This document shows positions 1 through 12,262 of a stretch of DNA of 64,000 bases, piece after piece. The stretch comes from Marsupella aquatica (lineage: Eukaryota; Plantae; Marchantiophyta), in contig OZ316891.1 in the NCBI GenBank assembly GCA_973895155.1, forward strand, positions 30,052,331-30,116,330, read 5' to 3'. The notes under the pieces are model-generated. The model was not told where the DNA came from. It saw only the letters and a list, made by a program, of their open reading frames with translations, and searched no databases. Each line of letters opens with the position of its first letter. The stretch's first letter is position 1. The position numbers were made by a program, and so were the translations under genes.

Positions 1-1342
1 TTTTGCCAGTTTTATCGGTCATTGCATTGCCTTAGAAAAAAAACGGGATCGGGCTAAACGAGAACTCCGACACACTTCTCGGTCGGTCCGAAATCGTGTT
101 TAGCACACGTCGGGATTGGAGTTGCGCTTATAGCAGTGACCCAAACAGCGACAGAGAATACTCTGAGGGACTGAGGGTGTGTCAATCAGCGCCAACAAAT
201 CATAGTGAGTTTATCTAGATTTCCAAAATGCTGACTGGTTTCTGGTGAAGTTCCTATCACGCCCTCCAGTCTGAAACAGAGCGCGGGAGCAGAGCAGATT
301 AGAGCAGAGCAGAGCAGAGAGTGGAAAGCTCCAAAGTCTAGTAGTTTAGTTGGGACACAACCCATACAGTGCTATTTCTCTTGTTGTCATGCATGGTGGA
401 GCGGTACCTCTTGTTCTGCTCTCTCCTCCTCCACTCTGTCTCTGTGAGCGCTTGCTTTGGTCGGGGCTTTGATGCGTCTTTTGATTTAACTACCTTCGTG
501 GGTTGAAGCATTTTGTTGAAGCTCCGCGCATCAATGTCAGCTATGTTAAATTTATGCTTTGTAAGGTCAAGTTGTTCGCACCTAGGTCAAAGCTCTCGCG
601 CGAAGAAATTCTAGCTTTAGCTTGCTACTACATTTGGTAAAGCTTAGCTTTAAAACTCTATCTGTGCTTGGGCTTTTCGAGCAGTCGGTGATCATTGAAT
701 TTGATGTACTGAAGTTTTGGGAATTATGGCTCCTGTAGTTAGCTTGACCTATCATTCATTTTGTTGTAACAGGTTTGGAGGTGGGCCAAGGCCGGGGCTC
801 AACGCTTGTCTACTAGTATCGTATTTGGCCGCGGGGTTACATCACTCAGATAAGGTGACACATCATTTTGCATATTAATTGTTTCTCCTTCTCAGCTATT
901 TTATGATATGATTTGCGACTACTCTCATCTACTTTGTAATTGCCAATGCAGTCCTGTAGTGTCATTCCGAGTCTCGTTTCTTTTATTGAATGGATTTGTT
1001 TGTCTTCTCCGCAGGTGAAGTGCAAGGGCTGCCCGGAAAGTGTGAGTTGTCTTGAAAGTTTAGGCACATTCAGGTCCGGGATTCAGGTTCTTGGCGTCAA
1101 TTGTCGTGACTGTGAGTAGAAGTCCCAGTAGAAGTCAATCTATAAGCAATATGTCACGTGAGACAAAGGTCAATGCCATATGGACCCTTTCTGTGCAAGT
1201 CATAGGGGCATTTGTGTGCTCTGCAGTCAGATTGTGTACTGAAAATTTACTGTGGACTCTGTTGGGTTTGCTTAGCCAACTATTTTGATTTTTGCATGAA
1301 ATTTTGGAGCGATTCATCGCTCTTGCGCGTCCACCCCTAGAG

Positions 1343-1600
1343 ATGGCTGATGTTGGGGGTACAGAGGCCCCTCATCCTGACATTGTTGGTCATGAAGCTT
1401 TGCCTCTGCACAAGACTTCTACGCCGTTAGTTTCCCGTTATTATGCAGTGTCTAGAGGCCGTAGGCCAGGCATATATGAATGTCACGAAGCCGTTGACAA
1501 ACAAGTCCTAGGTTTTAGTGGGAATAGTCATGGGTCATTTAAGACTAGAGCACAAGCGGAGGATTGGCTAAAGACACAGATCTTGGCCGGGTTGGCATAA
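1343..1600 (+). CDS. Small (85 aa) protein consisting essentially of an RNase H1 N-terminal hybrid-binding / caulimovirus viroplasmin-like (Cauli_VI) domain
   Basis: Translation contains YYAVSRGRRPGIYECHEAVDKQVLGFSGNSHGSFKTRAQAEDWL, matching the YYAVxxGRxxGIYxxWxxCxxQVxGFxGxxxKSFxTxxEAxxW consensus. The ATG at 1343 follows a plausible acceptor (ccccTAG, ending 1340). Several GT..AG-like junctions lie up- and downstream. Confidence 0.7.
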   Translation: MADVGGTEAPHPDIVGHEALPLHKTSTPLVSRYYAVSRGRRPGIYECHEAVDKQVLGFSGNSHGSFKTRAQAEDWLKTQILAGLA

Positions 1601-2046
1601 TTGTCAATGTAAGACTTGAGTTCATTTGAATATGAGACAAATTTGGAATTGCAGGTGATGCTGTGTGTTTGGAATAGCAGGCTAAAATTTGCGTACAATG
1701 TCTCCAATCTTGACTGGATTGACTTGGACTGTGTCATATCAACAGTCACTTTATCAATGAATCCTGGTTGTCCAAACGTCTTCCACCTGGATCAGGCAGA
1801 TACAGTTGTTCTGGATGATTTTGTCCAGACCCAAAAATAATTTGGGTAAGCTCTAAAATTGTTTTCTGATGAATGATATTCATTGATTGATTGCAGGGCA
1901 ATCGAGTTGATGTACAAGCGAGTACGTACTATAACTATCTATCGTCTTCAATTCATATGCATGTGGAGAGGTTATAGATAGCATTTCATGTACATCTTTA
2001 TGCCACAAGCAAAATGTAGTCTGGACCCTAATTTGCATGTTCTGAT

Positions 2047-2345
2047 CTCGAGGGTTTCACTTCCACAAAAATGGCATATCACGTGCGACGAAGGATAGTA
2101 AGGGTCATTTTATTGGTTCTAAGGGAAGACTTAAGAATTTTTGTAGAAGAACAATAGGGTCTTTTAAATTCAATTTTGAGACTTATAAGAACATTAGGGT
2201 CTTTTTAATCCAATTTTTAGAATATTCCAAGAATATCCAACTTTATAGGGGTTAAAAAATTAATTTTTTTCGCACATTTTAGGGGGTGCAAGGCCTAAAA
2301 ACGTCACAGGCGATGGGGAGGTCCCCATATAGTGAGACCCCCGAG
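2047..2345 (-). mobile_element. MITE copy 1 (~299 bp, hAT-like 8-bp TSD)
   Basis: TIRs ctcgagggtttcac / gtgagacccccgag. Perfect TSD gttctgat at 2039-2046 and 2346-2353. Reverse complement of copies 2 and 3. Confidence 0.9.
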
Positions 2346-2492
2346 GTTCTGATGAGGGTTACTTGGCTTGCCTCAGGTGTCTGTGTTCGATTGTGTTCTG
2401 TAACCTGGCCTGCAATAGACCGGGCAACAGACCCGACAACAATATGGTGTGTTCTAGACCCAGTTCTAGAGGGAGCACAGTGAAACATCAAA

Positions 2493-2788
2493 CTCGGGGG
2501 TCTCACTATATGGGGACCTCCCCATCGCCTGCGACATTTTTAGGCCTCGCACCCCCTAAAATGTAAGAATTTATTTTTATTTTTAACCCCTATAAAGTTG
2601 GAATATTCTTGGAATATTCTAAAAATTGGATTAAAAATACCCTAATGTTCTTATAAGTCTCAAAATTGAATTTAAAAGACTCTATTGTTCTTCTACAAAA
2701 ATTCTTAAGTCTTCCCTTAGAACCAATAAAATGACCCTATCCTTCGTCGCACGTGATATGCCATTTTTGTGGAAGTGAAACCCCCGAG
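2493..2788 (+). mobile_element. MITE copy 2 (~296 bp)
   Basis: TIRs ctcgggggtctcac / gtgaaacccccgag. TSD acatcaaa (2485-2492) / acatcgaa (2789-2796). Confidence 0.9.
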
Positions 2789-4984
2789 ACATCGAATATA
2801 TGGATTGGATGTACCAATGCCCAAGCGGGGGCTGAAGCATGACCCCACTCCATGAAGAGAAATGTTGCCGAGGAGTGGGCCTAGTAGGAACGGGAGTAGG
2901 AAAGCTGGAGACGGGGCTGGAGAGGGGGCTGGAGAGACTATGTAGGAAGCCCGCTAGGAAGTCTCATATTGTGATGTTAGCTAATGAAACAATCTATCCC
3001 TCTAATTTCAAGAAGGACAGCAGTGAAGCCCAATGGATTTGCACTGAGTGTGGTGATGAAAGTCTTTGTAATATTTGCTCTCAGTTTGCAGAAGTGAATG
3101 CTCCCATCCCATATGAATGGAGCAACATTAAGAATCTGTGGCCCAGTAGGATGCTCGGTAGGATGTCTGGCACATTAGAGGCAGAAGTAGTGTTTGACTT
3201 CTCTGCCCTATTAAGTGGAATACCATGTGCAATGTCACCTCTGTTAATGTCTTGTAGTGAGATTTTGCTGGAATCATTTGGACAACTTTGATATGTAATC
3301 TAGTATAAATTAGCTGTCTAGTGATTTGTGTGTTAAAGTCCCAATGACTTTCACACATTGCCAAAAATTATATGGCAATATGTTTGTTTAGTGTAAGTGC
3401 CATTAACTGGCAGATTAAATAAAATGTGCACTCAGTATTGGATGTTTCACAAACAATTTTTTTTATAACAAATGAAGGGTATTTTAAATCCCAAAATCTG
3501 TGTGATTATAATAACATAGGTAAATTTTATATAAGATTGAAAATTCTCTTTAGAACAAACAAGATATATTTAAATCTTCCAAAATATAACTAGGGGTGCC
3601 TAGGGGACCTTTGGTCACAGGTATGTCTCATTACATTCCCTTTAGTGAGGGCTCAGGGCAATTTTGTTCATAGCAATCAAACTTTATAGCACCTCCCAAA
3701 GAAAATAGGTAAGGGTAAATTCAAACTCTGCCGCAAACAAAGGGTACACTCTTGTTGTTGATCTCGGTGATCTTGGCAAAGCATTTTGGGAATGTTTTGA
3801 TGTTGCATGTCACGAGGACTCAAATTCTGCTCTCGAAGTTCAGACATATTTGGAATCGCTTGCCACTAGTAGATTACGTCGACATTGTTTGATGAAAGAA
3901 AATGGTCGACAATCAATTACCAAGGATATTAAAAGTTATGTTTCTTTTGTATATAGGAGCATATAATGCACAAAATGCCGAGATGCATGATGTTCTTTGC
4001 TCAAGCTACAATACCCTAATTGGCAAACATGGGTCAAGTTAGCTTCTGTTTTAGATACTGATGTAGTGGATATGAGTGGTGGACCTTGCCACCCAGTGCC
4101 ATCACCAATCCCAACACCTAGGCCTAAGTGTCATTGGTGCCCGAACTCCTCCACGGAATTCCTTGAGCAAGCAACTTGATGCCCCTTTCACCCCTGATGG
4201 CCACTCCTTTAAGCCTCACTTGCTCCCTTTAGAACACAAATGTCGCTCAACAGTCCTCACTGACTGCACAAGCAACTAAGTACTCGGGTAAGTAACCCAA
4301 CCAGATCTAGCCCTCTCCAAGTCTAGCATACTAACTCAAGCTCAATAGACATTGGTAAGTAGGTTAACAATAGGGTCCTCCCGTTGCCATAAGCTGGAAC
4401 CAGACTTGACACCCACTATTTGTCCAAAACAGCCCCTCTTTGGGTGCAGCCCAGGTTCCCCTTGTACCTATCCATCACCAACTGACCGCCCTGCCCCCAA
4501 GACATGCTCATGGCCCAAAAAACATAGCTTGTCCTAACACGCTAGGGCCAAAATGACCCCAATTCTAACAACCAACTCTCGGTCCTCACTCAGCTGATAG
4601 CCTAGGGGCCAAGTGCACTTGGAACTCTTCCTTCATGCCTACTTGGCCTTGCCTCCCCAACGCAAGCTCCCTTGGGAGACTAAACGTAGCTTGGTTGCTA
4701 TTCGATAGGATTTAGTAAGCGGGTGATATAGCCCTTGCGAACCCCAAGAATCCATGGCACCCTAGACTCAACTGAGCTCAGAATTATGTAGTCCTCCTTG
4801 AGAGTTTTACTACGCACCCAAGAAGTCCTCCAACGGACTTCCCATTGGGAAGTTATCACCGTTTTCATTTAGAGTTTCCCCTTAACGTTGCAATTGCGAG
4901 CAACTGCTCACGACTTTGGCTCGCCCTTAGCCCCTAGGGAAACACTACTCCCCTCATATATGTTTTTGGAGACCTGCCACCCCC

Positions 4985-5135
4985 GGACCTACATTGGTCC
5001 TCAAATTTTGGCTCCCCACCTGGACCCCAACCCGCACGTAGATCTGGGTACGCAACCAACTGGCTATGCCCATAACTTTCTAGTTAGGCGTCAATAGGCA
5101 GAGTGCCTTAGCCCGTTGTGACCGGGCTGACCTAC
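4985..5135 (+). repeat. Dispersed repeat, diverged copy at ~60949-61095 (unclassified TE-derived)
   Basis: ggacctacattggtcctcaaattttggctccccacc...ttaggcgtcaataggcagagtgccttagcccgttgtga aligns by eye with ggacccaactttggtcccttgattttggcccctcacc...ttaggtgttcataggtaaagtaccttttcccgttgtga. Confidence 0.55.
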
Positions 5136-5678
5136 TTCTCAACATATTGGATTCCCTAAGGTGTACCTGCACAAACTTACTTCAACTTTTGAACCCAAGT
5201 GAGCTTAGTGGTAGAGTTGACAAACAACGGGAATGGACCTGGCCTTTTGTGACTATATTTACACATTTGGCTTCATTCAGATGTACAATCACCAAGACCC
5301 CCAACCAGAGCAATGGCCGCAGCCAGGCCACCAGAGCCAATTCTACCAAATACCCAATGCAACACACCTAAATGCCACCCGGGCCAATTCAACCAAACAT
5401 CCAACACAACAGGCCAGGGAGCCATAGTACCCAGCCAGCCCCAAGCAAGGATCACCTCAAGACCAACCAGAACAATAGCACCGTCTGCCACCCACAGCCG
5501 ACACAGTGGCACATTGGACAAGGTGCCATTTCACTGCCACTACCTACATCACTCTACAAAACAACTTAGTCCCCTTCCCGCCAGAGCCATGAGCCTGCAA
5601 CAGTACCCTTGCCAAAGCAGCAAACACCAATTCCACGTACCAAGACCACATCCCCCGGACAACCACCATCAGAGAAAT

Positions 5679-5936
5679 TCATCCCAAAGCAAACGAAGAG
5701 AAGTAGCCAGTGCCCCGGGCCAGTGCTCTACGCCTTTCATGCTCAATAACCTCTTTGGCTCTTAGAAGCCGCCCGTGTTTCCGTCCAACCGGTGATCCCA
5801 AACTAGCACGGTCCAATAATTGCGAATCAATTTCAGAGAGCACCAGCCGCAAATCAAATGTTCTACAGTCATGCTCATTGAAGACCTGCTTGTTCCAACC
5901 CAACCATAAGATACACATTGCTTGATATAGCATGAA
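5679..5936 (-). mobile_element. Extreme 3' fragment of an L1-type LINE ORF2
   Basis: YQAMCILWLGWNKQVFNEHDCRTFDLRLVLSE...GRKHGRLLRAKE aligns with the C-terminus of the LINE at 52655-53068 (YQTLWMIWLGRNEHMFSDKVGRSFDLGLLLAE...GRRRSRLNRAQE). Confidence 0.75.
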
Positions 5937-7009
5937 TAAAGTTTTGTTTTTATTGGTTTAGGGGAAGACTTACCAATTTTTGTGAAAGCTAGAATGATAA
6001 GGGATTAATTGAAAATCATATTTTTGGCATTGCAAGAAAATAGAGAATATAAAGCCCCTATGGACCCATACATTGTGCCTCCCTATCCCCCTCCCTCCCT
6101 ACCCCCCTGGACTGCTTTTTAACACCAATGAAAAAGCAAAAGGGAACCGTTTAGTGATAGCAGATGGTGGCAGTTGACGGCTTGACTACCTTGTCAAATT
6201 ACAGAGGAGACAGGTTTGTTAATGCAACTAAAACTGGCTACGTACAAACGGTAAATAAAGAGACCGTTTACAGGTCACATGGTCATCAAGAGTGTTTAAA
6301 ACATTATCGGAGTCAATTTAAATTTTATGAACAAGTCTATCCAAGCTTGGTCAATCATCCGGGGGGATTCGGTTTCGAAAATATAAGTTTTTTAAAATCT
6401 ATTTTAGAATATTGTCGCTTGTGCTGGCCCGCTTCCCCACTGTTGTTCATGATGTTCTTCCATGTTATGATCCTCACTCTTCCAAAGATTGCACATAACT
6501 AATGTGGCAATCCTTCAGAGTAGCTTGCTTTAATTTGGGTGATGGATTCTGACCAATGCGTTTCATGTTATGTTATACTATACAGTCTATGCTTTGCGAG
6601 GTACATGTGCTCAGCAGTCTGTGTTATTAGTAGCCTCACACCATTTGAGTACATATTAATTTTACAACACTAGAAGCTACAATCAAATTAATGTAGATCA
6701 TTACTTTCAAATTGTTGAGATTTTACAAATCAGTCCATCAGATGTCTACCAGATGAACTCTTATCATCAGATGGAATTCAAATGACAGTAACAAACTGAA
6801 GGAAATACCCATGTTCGACCCAAATGTAACCAGTGGGCTTTGATTCATCTAAAATATATACACAAGGGCAACAATGCCCCAATTCCGAACCTCAGTGGAC
6901 CACACAATGTCATTGGAATCTTGCTACAACAAGCTCAACTTCCACATTCAAGGTTTCTGGATCACTTGGAAACAACGATGTCTCTTCCTGTTGCACCATA
7001 GTAGCAATT

Positions 7010-8047
7010 ATAGGAGCTGCTGCGTGCATGACGAAGAGCGAGTACTTGAACGATTGCTAACGATGTCGCTTCATATTGCACGTCTTGCCGCCATAGTACC
7101 AACAGGAGGTGTTGGGCAATAGAAGCTAGCTGCTGCGTGAGGAAGAGAGAGCCCTTGCACGTCTTGCCACCACAGTACCAATAGGAGCTGCTGAACAATT
7201 GGAGCCGCTGCTTGAGGAAGAGCGAGTCCTTTCACGTTTTGCCGCCACAGTACCAATAGAAGCTGTTGGACAATTGGAGCCGCTGCTTGAGGAAGAGCGA
7301 GCCCTTTCACGTTTTGCCGCCACAGTACCAACAGAAGCTGCTGGATAATTGGAGCCGCTGCTTGAGGAAGAGCGAGTCCTTTCACGTTTTGCCACCACAG
7401 TACCAATAGAAGCTGCTGGACAATTGGAGCCGCTGCTTGAGGAAGAGCGAGTCCTTTCCACAGTACGAATAGGAGCTGCTGCTGGACAATTGGAGCCGCG
7501 GCTTGAGGAAGAGCGAGTACTTGAACGTTTGGCCGCCATAGTATCAATAGGAGCTGCTGGGCAATAGGAGCTGCTGTGTGAGTACGAGCAACTCCTTCCA
7601 CGTCTTGCCGCCATACTACCACTAGGAGCTGCTGGGCAATAGGAGCTGCTGCGTGATGAAGAACGAGTCCTTCCCTGTCTTACCGCCATAGTACCAATAG
7701 GAGCTGCTGGGCAATAGGAGCTGCTGCGTGAGGAAGAGCGATTCCTTCCACGTCTTTCCGCCATAGTACCAATTGGAGCTGCTGGGCAATAGGAGCTGCT
7801 GCGTGAGGAAGAGCGAGTCCTTCCACTTCTTGCTGACATAGTACCATTAGGAGCTGCTGGGCAGTAGGAGCTGCTGCGTGAGGAAGAGCGAGTCCTTCCA
7901 CGTCTTTCCGCCATAGTACCAATTGGAGCTGCTGGGCAATAGGAGCTGCTGCGTGAGGAAGAGCGAGTCCTTCCACTTCTTGCTGACATAGTACCATTAG
8001 GAGCTGCTGGGCAGTAGGAGCTGCTGCGTGAGGAAGAGCGAGTCCTT
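7010..8047. repeat. Tandem array of ~14 units of 75 bp, with a 150-bp higher-order repeat at ~7741-8040
   Basis: gaggaagagcg recurs ending at 7740, 7815, 7890, 7965 and 8040. Units alternate between NGTMSARSG and IGTMAERRG types. Confidence 0.95.
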
Positions 8048-8667
8048 GAAAGATAGCTGCTGCCAGAACAACTCTCTAGATAGCTCGGGAGGTATCTGTT
8101 AGATTTGCTGTCATTACTGTTGCGAGTATCTGAGAAATACTGATCCTTAGACGAGGAGCAGACCGCAAACAGATGATTCCCCTTCCGTCTCTTAGGAGCA
8201 TTCGTCATTTTCTCAGTGTTCTCGTAGTTACTGCTCAAGTAAGGGGCAGAATAGTTCTCATCCGTGTATTCCGTGTCCACGCTTTCATCAGTGGGGGACT
8301 GTGGCGAACAGTCCACGACAGATCTGGAGTAGTAGGTCCTATCTGAGTACAGGCTCTCATCTGTGGAACTGCAGTAGTCCCACCTGTAAATGACATTGGT
8401 GTCTGAAAACTGATCTGAACTGCTCCCAGAAGTCGTGTAACTGTCCAAATCTGAGTCGAAAATGGAATTGCCGGAAGTCTCTGGAAAAGGATCTGTGCTG
8501 CTTCCAGAGGTGGCGTGACTCTCCTTCTCGTAAGAATATGTGCCATTCCTTTCAGAGCTGGTGTAACTCTCCGAATCGCAAGAATCTGTGTCATTGGAAG
8601 AGCCACTCATAGGTTCAGGGCTGCCTTTGCCACAAGTGCTGGAGGAGAATCGGCGCTGACAATCCAT
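7126..8667 (-). CDS. 513-aa low-complexity protein: acidic Ser/Asp-rich N-half and basic C-half of 25-aa repeats (RTRSSSRSSSYCPAAPIGTMAERRG)
   Basis: Long uninterrupted ATG-initiated ORF, preceded on the minus strand by a pyrimidine-rich leader and a CATTTAAG TATA-like box near 8785-8792. No recognisable family. Confidence 0.6.
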   Translation of the reverse strand: MDCQRRFSSSTCGKGSPEPMSGSSNDTDSCDSESYTSSERNGTYSYEKESHATSGSSTDPFPETSGNSIFDSDLDSYTTSGSSSDQFSDTNVIYRWDYCSSTDESLYSDRTYYSRSVVDCSPQSPTDESVDTEYTDENYSAPYLSSNYENTEKMTNAPKRRKGNHLFAVCSSSKDQYFSDTRNSNDSKSNRYLPSYLESCSGSSYLSRTRSSSRSSSYCPAAPNGTMSARSGRTRSSSRSSSYCPAAPIGTMAERRGRTRSSSRSSSYCPAAPNGTMSARSGRTRSSSRSSSYCPAAPIGTMAERRGRNRSSSRSSSYCPAAPIGTMAVRQGRTRSSSRSSSYCPAAPSGSMAARRGRSCSYSHSSSYCPAAPIDTMAAKRSSTRSSSSRGSNCPAAAPIRTVERTRSSSSSGSNCPAASIGTVVAKRERTRSSSSSGSNYPAASVGTVAAKRERARSSSSSGSNCPTASIGTVAAKRERTRSSSSSGSNCSAAPIGTVVARRARALSSSRSS

Positions 8668-10135
8668 CTTGAGATCGGAGGAACGAGAAGCTCAAAGACG
8701 CAGTAGGATGTACTTGGGCACGATAGCAAAATCAACACGAGACAAGGATGTCGGAATGAATGAACTTGAGAGTGAAAGTTTGTCCTTAAATGCCTATAGA
8801 AAGAACTAGATCATTAGTCACTTCAATGTTCAACCCCAAGCTGACAGGAAAGTTCAGTTCGTCGTTACATTCCGACAACAACAAAATCTACACATACGTC
8901 CCTCGTCTGTAGGATCCAGTTTTATCAGTTTGAACAGACTACTGACCATGTTATTTTTCTAGGGCGTTGTCAATTGGCAGTTCCAACCGGAACTCCTTTC
9001 AATATCTGCGTCAGGTGTTTGGTACGTTCGCCGGCCACACCACGATGTCCGGACTTAGGGTGTTAGGGATAAGGCCGACAACTCATGATTTTCTCGTTTG
9101 AATTGTTTGCAGCATGAGGCAAAGTGGGAATGTGTGCAATTCTACCACTTTGCGCGTTCTCCTACTTATTTGTTAACATGATAATTAAGAGGAACCCCAA
9201 CAAAGTGGGAGTATGCCCCACATGGGAAGGGGCTAGATCTGCCTTGTTATACCCTGATCAGCTTTCTGCCGGGCTTTCTGCGGGTACCCGGGTACCAGTA
9301 CTTTGCACACAAAACATTAATTTAGGCGAGGCAAGGGAAATGTGTGGAGACAAGCAAATGTAATCTAGGCCTAGGTTGAGGCAATGGAGTCGTTGATGCT
9401 AGCAAGTGTCCATGCATTTGGCTTTATTTAAGTTTTGCTGCGATGGTATCTTCAAGAAAATTGAAAGAAGCTTCATTCGTCTCCAGGCAATGTTGTTACC
9501 CATTGAGACTGTATCAAGATTGGAATTACATTTGAGCTCCCATCCGCCTATGGGGTAAATTACAGCAGCATTTGGATGAGGGTCCGCCCGCTCTCTACTT
9601 AGAATGTGGTGATAGTCTTGGGCGAGATTTTTCATTCGCACTACTTAACTTCTTGCGGATGTGTACTGTACTTAATCACCCATGTATCAAAATTTTCCAA
9701 CTGAAGTAGGTGCTTTTTGTTGGGTTTCATTGCCCACAGAAAACTCGTCATCGCAAAACCGATCTCTGGCCCTTGTTAATTAGGACCACTAAAGTAGTTT
9801 CCCCCTTAGAGATTTCACTACCTACCTAGCTACCTGGGCCATAAATCACTGTAGAGATTTTGCAATTTTCTAGTTCTTTTCTGCCCATCACAAGAACCCC
9901 AGTGGAAAAATATTTGCCTACCTCAAAAGAGGTTGAACCCCTACGTACATAATCTTATGGAAAATGGCCCTTCAGCACAGATTAACAAAGGAAATTTCAC
10001 AAATCCCACCAGGGAGTGGGACAGCTTGCCTTGTGATGGAGTCCTGAGTGAAGTTCTACTTACTCACTGCTCACTAGCTATTACGTAGAAGTGGGAAACC
10101 AATCCTAAGACAGAAGAGGATGGCTGATCTAGCCA

Positions 10136-10200
10136 TTTGATAGATTGCATTTGATACTTATTTTGATAGATTGCATTTGATACTTATTTTGATAGATTGC
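10136..10200. repeat. Short tandem repeat (~26-bp unit ttgatagattgcatttgatacttatt, ~2.5 copies)
   Basis: Directly visible. Confidence 0.85.
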
Positions 10201-11696
10201 AATCGTCTCATTGGAATCGGTTTCTCACGCGTTTACAAAGCTTACTTTACTGCTTCTTACATGAAAAAACACTACTTTCCCTCTGGCCATTTAGACTGTC
10301 CATGAAACTTTCTCAAGGTTGAGGTTATATACTGATAAGCCAGATCCTTCCGCTGCATGGCAGGAAAATGATTCTTATGTGAGAAATTAGTTTTATGTGA
10401 TTGGCTAAATTAAACTTGTTCTGATGTGATTGACATATACATCTTTAATAATTTAATTAGATCGAGCGCGCCTTTTTGTTAATTGGCTTGAATGAAAGGA
10501 TATGGTTTCTTTGAATCTGATGGCATTGGTTAGTGTCTCATCTGCAAAATCATGCTTTTCTGATTTTACTTAGCTCCGTAAATAGTTGACATTGCCACTC
10601 GATCGATCTGACTATATATTTGATTGAATAATTAATCAATCGATCCGCCATTGCTTTATTAATATATATGTGAACCCCGCTTAGTTATAATTAAACCCAT
10701 GTCGGGGCCGGGCTCACTTCCAGCTCAAATAGTGGATGCTTGGGATTGAGCACAACTCCCTACCGTTGTCGCCATCAGCAACCCAAATTCTGCTCTCTTC
10801 CTCTATTGCCCCTCAAACCACGTTAGGATTTAGGGTAGCTTGATCCACTGCCTGCTTCCAGTACTCAAAACCCTGGCTTGCGGACGTGGCCTGCGTCACA
10901 AATGGTGGTTGGACTGCTGTGTGCAACTTAATTTACTGCCCCGGGCTGCTGCCTCCTTCTACACAGCACCCAGCTAGCTTACATCCTTACATATATGTGG
11001 CCCCGAGTGCCCAATGGTGGGCTGTGGCGTGCCACTAAATCCAGTGCCTCATTCCACACAACACCCTTGCTAGCGTGGCCCTGAGTCACCAATGGTTTCT
11101 GTTGTGTGCAATTAAATTGATCCAATGACTCGTCCCGCATAACACCCTTGCTTGTGCGCGCGGCCCCGAGTCATTTGTTGCTGCGCGCTTGCAATCCTGG
11201 CCATCTGGACAGTATGTTATATGGGAACCAGTACGACCATAGGTTATTGAATTATTTAATTTGATCGAGTCGACCTTGGTTAAAACAGTGCGAGCTCAGA
11301 ACTCACCCTTTATAGAACGAGTTTTGAATTCCCTTATATAAAGCTACGTTTTATATAATTGATCATGTCCAGCTTCAATTAGTCCACTAAACTCTCTTAT
11401 GTCAACACAAACTATCACTTAGAAATTAAACATTTACAATTTTGTTTTGATACAAACTATTATAGAAGAGTTACATAGATACCCGGGAGTGAGAAATTAG
11501 TCAATTAACGAAAACACAGTGGCCACCTAGCCCTGGTCGATCGTGTCAGCCAAAAAAGGTGGCAGTGTAGCAAATCTGTCATTGATCAGTAGCTTCCAGC
11601 CGAAAAAGGTGGCAGCATAGCAAATCTAGCTGCCTCGATCAGTAGCTTCGGATGTGTAACATCAAAATGGATCAATCTCAATGTGTCCACATCTTG

Positions 11697-11703
11697 TATT
11701 TAA
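11697..11703 (+). promoter_or_regulatory. Candidate TATA box (TATTTAA) upstream of the 12263 ORF
   Basis: tatttaagg followed by a UTR-like region containing a G|GTAAGT donor at 12002. Confidence 0.35.
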
Positions 11704-12262
11704 GGAGGTGCCTGTACGTGCAGTTTAGTCTTTTCTTGTGACGAATGTAGGGTTTCCCATAGAATCTTAAGTTACGATTTGGACGTGTAATTCTCCTCCC
11801 TAGGTGGTTTTAAGATAATTTCGTCAAGGTGGTCTTGTCGTTCCCCAGAAGTAGGAGAACACGTTGAAGCAGTCCTGACGCGCGAGAGTTAAGACCAATT
11901 CAAGTATCAAGCAGGGGGCTGCTTGTTGTGGAGCAGAAAGACAATATTTTGGATCAAAAGGTATGGTCCAAGCTTACGTCGATCTGTGTATGCTGTACAT
12001 GGTAAGTGCACTTATCGAAGGTCTTTCTTTTATCGCGTAATGTCTTTCCCTTTTTACGAGAGGTCGTCGCAGTTGAGAGGCGCTCCAATGCTTCTAATAA
12101 ACATGCCGAACATTTGGACTAACGTTATTGGGCAGATGGTTCTGTCAACCAATCGGACCGGCCTGAGTGATCTAGCTACTTTCTTTACACGATGGAATTA
12201 ATAGCTAGCTATACGCAACAATAAACTGATCGCGAGCACTCGATCTGTGAAGGTTGATCAGC

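Noticed and set aside
2839-3291. 150-aa ORF with CxxC...CxxC (CTECG...CNIC)
   Set aside because: Could be a decayed zinc-finger or TE fragment, but no family is recognisable and there is no supporting gene structure.
7010-8047. Possible CRISPR-like array
   Set aside because: Units are contiguous 75-bp coding repeats with no unique spacers, in a eukaryotic context.
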